Positions 9,832-17,403 of a stretch of DNA of 48,853 nucleotides are shown piece by piece. The stretch spans positions 1 to 48,853 of the forward strand of contig JAYUXO010000274.1 of the NCBI GenBank assembly GCA_043753505.1, in the 5' to 3' direction. Position numbers and translations under genes: made by a program. Source of the stretch: Comamonadaceae bacterium. Lineage in GTDB: Bacteria > Pseudomonadota > Gammaproteobacteria > Burkholderiales > Burkholderiaceae_C. Position 1 is the stretch's first letter. Each line of letters opens with the position of its first letter. The notes beneath the pieces were generated by a model. The model was not told the origin of the DNA. It worked only from the letters and a program-made list of their open reading frames with translations, and made no database searches.

Positions 9832-10206
9832 GTGCCGCCCCACCACAGTGCTCAGCCGCAAAATCGGCGACGCGCCATCCAGCACTTGTGCGTCAACCCG
9901 ACGAAAGTTGGGGTTGGGCGTGGGCTGCACAGACACCGCCACCGTGAGGTTGCGACCGGCCTGCTCACATGCAACGGTACTGTCGCCCACACCCGGCATT
10001 TGTCTGGACAGCCGGGTTTTGACAAGTTCGTTTTCAGCACACACGTGCGCGAACAGCAAGTCCGATTGGCGCTGTGCGTTACGCGTTAAGGCCGATGTGG
10101 CTTGCAACCCCGCCGTCAAAGCCACTGCGACGATTCCCAGAGCCACCAGGATCTCGATAAGCGTGAAGCCGCGGTGGGTTCCACGCGTAACTTGTAGGCC
10201 TGTCAT
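9829..10206 (-). CDS. gspI: type II secretion minor pseudopilin GspI
   Basis: 125 aa. Leader MTGLQVTRGTHRG then FTLIEILVAL. ATGA overlap with the gspH stop. Confidence 0.85.
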   Translation of the reverse strand: MTGLQVTRGTHRGFTLIEILVALGIVAVALTAGLQATSALTRNAQRQSDLLFAHVCAENELVKTRLSRQMPGVGDSTVACEQAGRNLTVAVSVQPTPNPNFRRVDAQVLDGASPILRLSTVVGRH

Positions 10207-10721
10207 TGCTCTGGCGTGACCACCGAGAAAGGCCGCAGTCCGTCTGTGGCAATGCGCAGGGTATGAGGTGGATTGCCAGCGCTGAGCAACAAGCTCTGCG
10301 GGCCAATGATGGGCTCAGGCCCGAGTGTCAAGGTGGTGCTTCCCACCACCTGCGTGCCCAGTGAAAGCCAACGCGTAGGCAGAGCATCATTGTGCAAACC
10401 CACGAATGCAAAACCTTCTTCAGTGGCGACCCATCGCACCGGCACGCCGATGGCCCGTGACTGCAAGCGCGCCGCCTCCAGCAGCGCGGTCAAACGTTGG
10501 GCTTCGCGCTCCACCTGCGTGTGAGCTGGGTCGCGCATCGCAAAACTTACACCGGCTGACCCGATGGCAATGATAGTGATGACCACCAGCAACTCCAGCA
10601 GGGTGAAGCCCCTGGATGGAATGACGCGATTCGCGCATGACTTCGCAGCGCGTCGATGACTGATGGCCAAAGTTCTCCGGTCATGACGCGCAGCGTTGTC
10701 ATCTACGCAAATCGGGGTCAT
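10203..10721 (-). CDS. gspH: type II secretion minor pseudopilin GspH
   Basis: Prepilin motif SRG/FTLLELLVV. The in-frame starts available (ATG 10721, or a TTG near 10670) both lie inside repeat C3. Confidence 0.75.
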   Translation of the reverse strand: MTPICVDDNAARHDRRTLAISHRRAAKSCANRVIPSRGFTLLELLVVITIIAIGSAGVSFAMRDPAHTQVEREAQRLTALLEAARLQSRAIGVPVRWVATEEGFAFVGLHNDALPTRWLSLGTQVVGSTTLTLGPEPIIGPQSLLLSAGNPPHTLRIATDGLRPFSVVTPEQ

Positions 10722-10760
10722 CGAGTCCGAGCGCCGGTCATCGCGGCAGCAGGCGTCATT
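10620..10760. repeat. family C element, copy C3 (gspG/gspH junction)
   Basis: On the gene strand there are four ATGAC at about 17-20 nt spacing, a central GTCATGAC, then three more GTCAT. Termini are aatgacgc... and ...gcgtcatt. Confidence 0.75.
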
Positions 10761-11223
10761 GCCAGCTACCCACATCGGCATTTTTGCCCTCGCCGCCTGC
10801 CTGACCGTCAGCACCGAAAGACATCACATCAATTTCACCCTTCACACCTGGATTCAAGTACTGGTACGTGCGGCCCCAGGGATCATTGGGCAGCTTTTCC
10901 ACATAGGGCTTCCAGTTAGGTGGTACCGGTGAGGTGGCGGGCTTGGTCAGCAAAGCCTGAAGGCCCTGCTCGGATGTGGGGTAGCGCTGGTTATCCAGCT
11001 TGTACAGCTTCAAGGCCTGCACCACATTGTTGATGTCGGTTTTAGCGGCAGTCACACGCGCATCGTCTGCCCGATCCAACACGTTGGGCACGATTAACGC
11101 CGCCAGCACGCCGATGATGACCAGCACCACCATCAACTCAATCAAGGTAAAGCCCCGGGAGATTCTGGAACTTTTTGAAGCCAGAAAATCCGCAGGTACG
11201 AAAGGGATTAGGGTGTATTTCAT
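10756..11223 (-). CDS. gspG: type II secretion major pseudopilin GspG
   Basis: 155 aa. SRG/FTLIELMVVLVIIGVLAALIVP and the GspG body (DPWGRTYQY, GADGQAGGEG). Confidence 0.93.
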   Translation of the reverse strand: MKYTLIPFVPADFLASKSSRISRGFTLIELMVVLVIIGVLAALIVPNVLDRADDARVTAAKTDINNVVQALKLYKLDNQRYPTSEQGLQALLTKPATSPVPPNWKPYVEKLPNDPWGRTYQYLNPGVKGEIDVMSFGADGQAGGEGKNADVGSWQ

Positions 11224-11270
11224 GGCACTTCGAGACAGGTTGGGGCAATCCGTTCAATGATAATCGCCCT

Positions 11271-11792
11271 ATGCTGACCCTCTCAGACCCCGCGCGTTCC
11301 AAAGTATTGCTCAACGCAACCACGTTGTTGATCTGGCTGGCGGCTGCCGCCAGCGCCGCGTACTGGGCCCTGCGCCTGACCACCGCGACGGGCGTGCCCA
11401 CGGCGGCGCCAGTGGTGCTGCCCGCTCCTGTAGTGGCCGACACCAACGCCGTAGCTCGGCTGCTGGGCTGGGTATCCAACGCAAACCCCTCTGTCGTGGC
11501 GCTCCCGCCACCGCCCTTACTGGCCACACGATTGATTTTGGTCGGAGTGGTGGCGGACCGCAACACCCGCTCGGGCGCTGCCCTGATTGCCATCGACGGC
11601 AAGCCTCCCAGACCCTACCGGGTGGGGGCCAAGCTGGAAGAAGGTGTGTTCTTGCAGTCGGTTTACGGCCGAAGTGCGACGGTGGGCACTGCTGTTAACG
11701 GAACAGCGACCGTCAAGCTGGAAATGCCACCTGTGGCTGGTGCCAGTGCGCCGCCGACCTCTGCCGTGCCGAATGCAGCGCCACGGCCTTAA
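11271..11792 (+). CDS. gspC: type II secretion protein GspC-like
   Basis: Divergent from gspG. TM segment LLIWLAAAASAAYWAL, then an HR-type segment LILVGVVADRNTRSGAALIAIDGKPPRPYRVGAKLEEGVFLQSV. Starts at ATG 11271. No PDZ domain is evident. Confidence 0.6.
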   Translation: MLTLSDPARSKVLLNATTLLIWLAAAASAAYWALRLTTATGVPTAAPVVLPAPVVADTNAVARLLGWVSNANPSVVALPPPPLLATRLILVGVVADRNTRSGAALIAIDGKPPRPYRVGAKLEEGVFLQSVYGRSATVGTAVNGTATVKLEMPPVAGASAPPTSAVPNAAPRP

Positions 11793-11835
11793 GGAACCTC
11801 TGCAAAAAGCGTTTGGCATCACACAAATGCTATAA

Positions 11836-11893
11836 TTTATATAGCTGTTTGAGCAATACCCATAAGGGCTGGAAGCCAAAAACGCTTCAAAAC
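11836..11893. repeat. family B element, copy B3
   Basis: TATATAGCTGTTTGAGCAATACCCATAAGGGCTGGAAGCCAAAAACGCTTC, between the convergent 3' ends of gspC and ilvA. Confidence 0.7.
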
Positions 11894-11913
11894 CCTCACT
11901 GATCGGGCCCAAA

Positions 11914-13464
11914 TCAGCCTGCAGCCCTCAAAAACAGTCGATACGCCGGATTAAGCGTCTCTTCCACGCACGGATAGCCCAGGCTGGCCAAAAATTGCGC
12001 GAACACCGCCTGGTCTTGCTGGGGAACCTGCACCCCCACCAGAATGCGCCCGTAATCCGCGCCCTGGTTACGGTAATGAAACAGGCTGATGTTCCAGTTG
12101 GGTTGCATGGCGGCCAGAAATTTCATCAAGGCACCAGGCCGCTCAGGAAACACAAAGCGCAGCAGCCGCTCGTCCTGCGCCAGCGCAGAGTGCCCGCCAA
12201 CCATATGACGAATATGCTCCTTGGCCAGCTCGTCGTGCGTCAGATCGATGGCATCAAACCCGTGCTTGTTAAAGCTCGCTGCGATTTTGGTGCTCTCGCC
12301 TTTGCCCAACGTAGTAAGTCCCACAAACACATGCGCTTTGGCGGCGTCGTGGATGCGGTAGTTGAATTCGGTCACGTTGCGAGGCCCGCCTTTAAGTGAG
12401 GCAATCAGCTCGCAAAACCGCTTGAAACTGCCGCGCGCCTCCGGGATAGTGACAGCAAACAAGGCCTCGCGCTCCTCGCCCACCTCGGCCCGCTCAGCCA
12501 CAAAGCGCAAACGGTCGAAATTCATGTTGGCACCGCACAAAATTGCTGCGTAGGTTTCTCCCCTGGTCTTGTGCAACGCCACATATTTTTTGATGGCCGC
12601 CACCGCCATGGCCCCCGATGGCTCAACGATGCTACGCGTCTCGGTGAACACGTCTTTGATGGCCGCGCACACCGCATCGGTGTCCACCGTGATGTAGCCA
12701 TCCACCAGCGCACGGCTGATGCGAAATGTTTCAGCACCCACCTGTTTCACCGCAGTTCCATCAGCAAACAAGCCCACATCGCCCAGCGTGACGCGCCTCT
12801 TCGCTGCGACCGATTGCATCATGGCGTTGGAGTCATCCATCTGTACGCCAATCACCTGGATCTCAGGTCGAACCGCCTTGATGTAATTGGCTACGCCGGA
12901 GATCAGGCCACCGCCGCCGATTGCAACGAATACAGCGTGCAGCGGCCCCTGGTGCTGGCGCAAAATTTCCATCGCAATCGTGCCCTGTCCGGCAATTACA
13001 TCGGGGTCGTCAAACGGGTGAACAAAGGTCAGGCCCTGATTTTCTTGAAGCGCGAGTGCGTGGGTATGGGCGTCTGAATAGCTATCGCCAAACAGCACGA
13101 CTTCGCCGCCCAACGCGCGAACTGCATCAACCTTGATGTTGGGCGTGGTCGTGGGCATCACGATCACGGACCGTGCGCCAAGACGGGCAGACGCAAGCGC
13201 AACACCCTGCGCATGGTTACCCGCCGAAGCGCAAATAACACCTTTTTTTAGCTGCTGTGGCGTCAGCTGCACAATCTTGTTGTAAGCACCGCGGAGCTTG
13301 AACGTGCGCACAGACTGCTGGTCTTCGCGCTTGAGAAGTACTGTGTTGTGCAGACGCTTGCTCAAGGTTTTGGCAGTCTCCAGCGCACTTTCAACTGCCA
13401 CGTCATAAACCCGTGCAGTGAGGATTTTTTTTAGGTAATCAGCTGGTTTTAGGGGTTTGCTCAT
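11914..13464 (-). CDS. ilvA: biosynthetic threonine ammonia-lyase (threonine dehydratase)
   Basis: 516 aa from ATG 13464. PLP site FKLRGAYN, GGGGL loop and two C-terminal ACT-like regulatory repeats. Confidence 0.93.
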   Translation of the reverse strand: MSKPLKPADYLKKILTARVYDVAVESALETAKTLSKRLHNTVLLKREDQQSVRTFKLRGAYNKIVQLTPQQLKKGVICASAGNHAQGVALASARLGARSVIVMPTTTPNIKVDAVRALGGEVVLFGDSYSDAHTHALALQENQGLTFVHPFDDPDVIAGQGTIAMEILRQHQGPLHAVFVAIGGGGLISGVANYIKAVRPEIQVIGVQMDDSNAMMQSVAAKRRVTLGDVGLFADGTAVKQVGAETFRISRALVDGYITVDTDAVCAAIKDVFTETRSIVEPSGAMAVAAIKKYVALHKTRGETYAAILCGANMNFDRLRFVAERAEVGEEREALFAVTIPEARGSFKRFCELIASLKGGPRNVTEFNYRIHDAAKAHVFVGLTTLGKGESTKIAASFNKHGFDAIDLTHDELAKEHIRHMVGGHSALAQDERLLRFVFPERPGALMKFLAAMQPNWNISLFHYRNQGADYGRILVGVQVPQQDQAVFAQFLASLGYPCVEETLNPAYRLFLRAAG

Positions 13465-13515
13465 GCGCCAGGATGATAGGTGGGCTCCAACGCACCCCAA
13501 AAACTGCGCCTCAAG

Positions 13516-13546
13516 AAAAAAACCCCGAGTTTCGCAACCCGGGGTT
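13516..13546 (-). terminator. terminator-like hairpin plus T7 inside the ilvA 5' leader
   Basis: The minus strand reads aaccccgggttgcgaaactcggggttttttt, 52 nt upstream of the ilvA ATG. No minus-strand gene lies upstream for it to terminate. Confidence 0.5.
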
Positions 13547-13746
13547 GAATCCACCTGAGAAGGTGGAGGAGACAATCATCTGTCAAAGTAAGTGTGCTTT
13601 GCCAACGGTTTCAGTATAGCGTCGGTCTGCTGCAATGCAGCATGCATGACATGCGCTCCTTGTGCCTTAGTTTCTATTTGTCTGGCTGTAAACATAATTG
13701 ACGTATTGCCGGTTGAGGTGATAAATGATTGCGAAAGGATAAAAAA

Positions 13747-14199
13747 ATGGAATGCAATGTGAGTTGGACTGGCAATACGGGTGCCCGATCAGGAATGGGC
13801 TTTCTGGCTGAAACAGGAAGTGGACACACGCTGATGATGGACGGTGCACCCGATGCCGATAAGCCCCGGAACGGCGGTCAAAACCTCGCTCCAAGACCTA
13901 TGGAAATGATTTTGGCAGGGACAGGCGGTTGCACGGCTTACGACGTGGTTCTCATTTTGAAGCGCGGGCGGCACAACGTGCATTCCTGCTCTGTCAAGTT
14001 GACAGCACAGCGGGCCGACACCGACCCCAAAGTATTTACACACATACACATGCAGTTTTCTGTCGCAGGTCGTGCAGTTCCGCCCGCTGCAATTCAGCGG
14101 GCAATTGCCATGAGTCACGAAAAATATTGCTCGGCCAGCATCATGCTGGGCAAAACCGTGCAAATCACGACCGGCTTTGATCTGATCGAGATTGCGTGA
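13747..14199 (+). CDS. OsmC/Ohr-family protein
   Basis: About 150 aa, with an OsmC fold signature (LAGTGGCTAYDV ... HEKYCSAS, two conserved Cys). AAGGA lies about 8 nt before ATG 13747. Confidence 0.8.
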   Translation: MECNVSWTGNTGARSGMGFLAETGSGHTLMMDGAPDADKPRNGGQNLAPRPMEMILAGTGGCTAYDVVLILKRGRHNVHSCSVKLTAQRADTDPKVFTHIHMQFSVAGRAVPPAAIQRAIAMSHEKYCSASIMLGKTVQITTGFDLIEIA

Positions 14200-14226
14200 A
14201 ACACCCGATGCGGATTGCAATTTGCC

Positions 14227-14847
14227 CTAGATATAGAGAGCTGTCGTCGTCATCACTTTTGCAGCAGCTCGCATCGCCAACTTGACGGCATGCGGTAGCT
14301 CCGCCGCTCCTGCCGCCGCTGCATCAGCGGCATGCTGGGCTTCGTCAAGCTTCATTTGCGCGACGATGGCCCGCGACGCATGATCTTGTAGCGGTAACTG
14401 GTCCAAATGTGTTTGCAGATGCGCCTCTACCTGTTTTTCGGTCTCAACGACAAAAGCCAAGCTTGCCTTATCGCCCAGCTTGGCGGCTACAAAGCCCATT
14501 GCGAAAGCACCGGCATACCAAACCGGGTTGAGAAGCGAAGTTCGAGCCCCCAGTTCATCCAGTCGGGCATGCGTCCACGCCAAGTGGTCGGCTTCTTCCT
14601 GAGCGGCATTTGCAAATTGCTGGCGTAGTTTCGGGTTACTTGTTGCCAGCGCCTGTGCGCTGTACAGGGCCTGTGCGCAAATTTCGCCGACATGGTTAAC
14701 CCGCATCAAGGCGCCTGCCTGTGATGCCTCGTTTGGTGTCAGACGCGTGCTGTCCATCGCAACAACAGGGCATTCCCTGTGTGCACGCGGCGCAGAAAAC
14801 AGGGTGCGCAGTGCGCGTTCGGAGGCCTGAATGATGGGTGTTAACAC
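14227..14847 (-). CDS. coq7: demethoxyubiquinone hydroxylase (di-iron Coq7 family)
   Basis: Two ExxH di-iron motifs (EEADHL, DEAQHA) in a ferritin-like four-helix layout. LMRVNHVGEICAQALY is typical of Coq7. Confidence 0.85.
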   Translation of the reverse strand: MLTPIIQASERALRTLFSAPRAHRECPVVAMDSTRLTPNEASQAGALMRVNHVGEICAQALYSAQALATSNPKLRQQFANAAQEEADHLAWTHARLDELGARTSLLNPVWYAGAFAMGFVAAKLGDKASLAFVVETEKQVEAHLQTHLDQLPLQDHASRAIVAQMKLDEAQHAADAAAAGAAELPHAVKLAMRAAAKVMTTTALYI

Positions 14848-14915
14848 GGTAAATACTCGTTAGTCGGTATCGGCATTGCAGTGTACGCATGAGACCGCTC
14901 TCCAGCAGAGCCAAC

Positions 14916-14965
14916 CTAATTAGTCCCAACTAGTTACAAAGTCAATTTGCTGAAGCAATTTGTGC
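14916..14965. repeat. possible degenerate family B element, copy B4
   Basis: ctaattagtcccaactagttacaaagtcaatttgctgaagcaatttg has a palindromic core TTGCTGAAGCAA and a ctagtta flank resembling B5. The match is weaker than the other copies. Confidence 0.35.
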
Positions 14966-15215
14966 AGATCGCAAACGTCCCTATGCCAATCATGGCGCGA
15001 GAGAGAAGCGCGCCTGTTGTTGAGGTGCAACGAAACGAAAGCCCGAGGGCTAAATACTTTGCGAAACAAACCAGCGTCTGGTGCAATACGTCAACTTCCT
15101 GAATTGGAGGTTGGCCCGGGGAACCGGCGGTGGCACGGAAATGCGTTCATCACAGCGCACCATAAGTAGCCGCCATCGCACCGGAGCCCTATGTTTAACC
15201 TTGGAGAAACTTGCA

Positions 15216-16313
15216 ATGAAAAAATCCCTGATTGCACTGGCTGTGCTGGCCTCTGCTGGCGTGGCTTCTGCCCAATCTTCCGTCACCTTGTTTGGTGTCG
15301 TTGACGCGACTTACGCACACGGTTCTGGCAGCATTGCCAAGCGTACGCAACTGACCAACTCTGGTTACAACAGCAGCCGTTTGGGCTTCCGTGGTGTTGA
15401 AGACCTGGGCGGCGGTATGTCGGCCAGTTTCTGGCTCGAAGCCGGTATCAGCAATGATGATGGCCGTGCAGGTGGCGGTATTGCTGCTGGCAACCAAGGC
15501 ACCACGGTGGCTGGTAACACTGGTTTGAACTTCAACCGTCGTTCAACTGTCAGCTTGTCTGGCGGTTTCGGTGAAGTTCGTCTGGGTCGCGACTACACAC
15601 CACAATTCTGGAATTTGACGGTGTTTGATCCGTTTGGCACAAACGGCGTTGGCACAACCCAGACATTGATCAGCAGCCTGGGTGGTCCAACCACTGTCCG
15701 CGCTTCGAACAGCATTGGCTACTTCCTGCCACGCGACCTGGGTGGTTTCTACGGTCAAATCCAGTACTACTTGGGTGAGAATGCCAGCAACTCAACAACT
15801 GCGGCAGTTGCCCCAGCAGTTGGTGTGAGCAACAAGAAAGACGGCAATGGCTTGGCTTTCCGTGTTGGTTACGCCAACGGCCCGATCAACGTTGCTCTGG
15901 CATCTAGCCGCACCGAGTATGTTGCCGGCAATATCAGCCAGTTCAATTTAGGTGGTCAATACGACCTGGGCGTTGCCAAATTGATGGCTCACTATGTTGA
16001 CGACAAAGTTTCAACATCGCCTAATTCCACCAAAGGCAGGGGTTACTTGTTGGGTGGTTTGATTCCTTTGGGCGCTGGTGAAGTTCGTGTTGCTTACTCC
16101 ACTTACAAAGCTAAAATTGGTTCCGCCAGCGTTGGCAAGAGCAACAAGTTTGCTCTGGGTTATGTGCACAACTTGTCCAAGCGTACAGCTCTGTACGGTA
16201 CCTACGCTCGCGTGAGCAACAAGGACGGCGCTTCTTTTGCTTTGAACGGATCTTCTACTGCTGCCAATAACAGCTCTAACGGCTACGACTTCGGCGTTCG
16301 CCATTCCTTCTAA
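15216..16313 (+). CDS. trimeric general porin (Omp32/OmpC-like)
   Basis: Signal peptide MKKSLIALAVLASAGVASAQ, then SVTLFGVVD, alternating beta-strand pattern, terminal F. GGAGA lies 8 nt before ATG 15216. Confidence 0.9.
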   Translation: MKKSLIALAVLASAGVASAQSSVTLFGVVDATYAHGSGSIAKRTQLTNSGYNSSRLGFRGVEDLGGGMSASFWLEAGISNDDGRAGGGIAAGNQGTTVAGNTGLNFNRRSTVSLSGGFGEVRLGRDYTPQFWNLTVFDPFGTNGVGTTQTLISSLGGPTTVRASNSIGYFLPRDLGGFYGQIQYYLGENASNSTTAAVAPAVGVSNKKDGNGLAFRVGYANGPINVALASSRTEYVAGNISQFNLGGQYDLGVAKLMAHYVDDKVSTSPNSTKGRGYLLGGLIPLGAGEVRVAYSTYKAKIGSASVGKSNKFALGYVHNLSKRTALYGTYARVSNKDGASFALNGSSTAANNSSNGYDFGVRHSF

Positions 16314-16353
16314 TCTTTTTCTGGCATTCAGCCAGATGTGATTTGGAAAAATT

Positions 16354-16383
16354 AAAAGCCGCCCGGAAGGGCGGCTTTTTTTA
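16354..16383 (+). terminator. rho-independent terminator of the porin gene
   Basis: aaaagccgccc-ggaa-gggcggctttt followed by a T run. Confidence 0.8.
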
Positions 16384-16419
16384 TGTGCCTGGAAAATCTG
16401 TTGCTTCAGCTCCTGTCTT

Positions 16420-17253
16420 ATGCGCACACTTAAACCTCGTTTTCCTGGCTTTTCATTGGCCGTATTACTGCTGATCGCTTCATTGATGGCGGCTTGCACG
16501 GTTGCCCCCCGTACGTTGAGTGAATCACGGGTAATCGCAGCGCACGCAGCACTAGAGATGAACAACGCTTGGGCAGCTCAGTCCATGCATTCTTTACGCG
16601 AGGCCGACGGTGGGGTGGCATCCGGCTGGCATCATTTCAAACTACCCGGCAAGAAACCTAGTGAATTTGAATATGCGCGCCTGGACGGACGCGATGCGAT
16701 GCGCGTACGGTCTCATTCGGCGGCTAGCATGTTGCGCTTACCCATGCATGTGGCGTCGGCAGATTTGGGAAATTTGCGCTTTTCCTGGCATGTGCCTCAA
16801 CTGATTTCACAGGCGGATCTGGCGCTACGCGAGGCAGACGACTCGCCCGTCCGTATCGTGTTGGCTTTTGAAGGAGACCGTGCCAAGTTTTCCGCCAAAA
16901 ACGCCATGCTCAACGAACTGACCCGCGCGATCACCGGCGAAGAGATGCCGTATGCAACGCTGATGTACGTCTGGAGCAACGAACGCCCGGTGGGCACGCT
17001 GATCCACAACGCCCGCACTGATCGGGTGCGCAAGCTGGTGGTTCAGTCCGGCCCCGTCCAGCTGAACCAGTGGTTGGAATACGAGCGCGATATTCGTGCC
17101 GATTATGAGCAAGCATTTGGTGAAACACCTGGTGCCCTGGTCGGCATTGCCATCATGACGGATACCGACAACACCCAAAGCGAAACGAAAGCCTGGTATG
17201 GCCCCTTGAAGTTCGCTCCTGCTGTCAACACTCGAACGCTATTAAATAAATAG
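16420..17253 (+). CDS. DUF3047-family lipoprotein
   Basis: Lipobox LMAAC. WHHFKLPGKK...YARLDGRDAMRV...DDSPVRIVLAF matches my recollection of DUF3047. The last 8 codons and the stop lie in repeat B5. Confidence 0.65.
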   Translation: MRTLKPRFPGFSLAVLLLIASLMAACTVAPRTLSESRVIAAHAALEMNNAWAAQSMHSLREADGGVASGWHHFKLPGKKPSEFEYARLDGRDAMRVRSHSAASMLRLPMHVASADLGNLRFSWHVPQLISQADLALREADDSPVRIVLAFEGDRAKFSAKNAMLNELTRAITGEEMPYATLMYVWSNERPVGTLIHNARTDRVRKLVVQSGPVQLNQWLEYERDIRADYEQAFGETPGALVGIAIMTDTDNTQSETKAWYGPLKFAPAVNTRTLLNK

Positions 17254-17309
17254 CTGCTTGAGCAGTATTTAAAAGGGCTAGACAGCTAATTAACTAGAAA
17301 TCTTCGAGC
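17246..17309. repeat. family B element, copy B5 (reference copy)
   Basis: AAATAAATAGCTGCTTGAGCAGTATTTAAAAGGGCTAGACAGCTAATTAACTAGAAATCTTCGAGC. A ctcgaa at 17231 pairs with ttcgag at 17303-17308. Confidence 0.75.
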
Positions 17310-17403
17310 TGTCTCCTACGCTACATACGTTGCGGGAAACCCCTTTTGACGTGCCCGGCGCGCTTGTTGCATAGTGGCTGCATCATCGACTCAAGAGGTT
17401 TAC

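Noticed and set aside
13410-13462. Similarity of the first ilvA codons (cctaaaaccagctgattacctaaaaaaaatcc) to the tail of family B.
   Set aside because: The encoded ADYLKKILTARVYD aligns with the native IlvA N-terminus (EYLRAVLRAPVYE in E. coli). It is therefore ancestral coding sequence and not an insertion.
13465-13575. N-terminal extensions of the ORF-track models. Examples: ilvA to 13575, porin from 15081, amtB to 45584, TorF porin to 46770, comM from 46698, gspL to 7894, zwf to 31344, tal from 32881.
   Set aside because: Internal starts give canonical N-termini or signal peptides with Shine-Dalgarno sequences. Several extended starts are TTG/GTG with no ribosome-binding site, or they would overlap the neighbouring gene.
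14200-14245. Partial family B-like tail (reverse complement ...ctctatatctagggcaaattgc) between the OsmC-like gene and coq7.
   Set aside because: Only the block 2 side matches (compare ggcgcaaattgcc in B7 and ggggcaaatgc in B1). There is no palindromic core, so the evidence is too short to count as a copy.
15131-15145. Sigma54-like TGGCACggaaaTGCg upstream of the general porin gene.
   Set aside because: The GC dinucleotide is one base too close to the GG (positions 13-14, not 14-15). There is no biological reason to expect RpoN control of a general porin.
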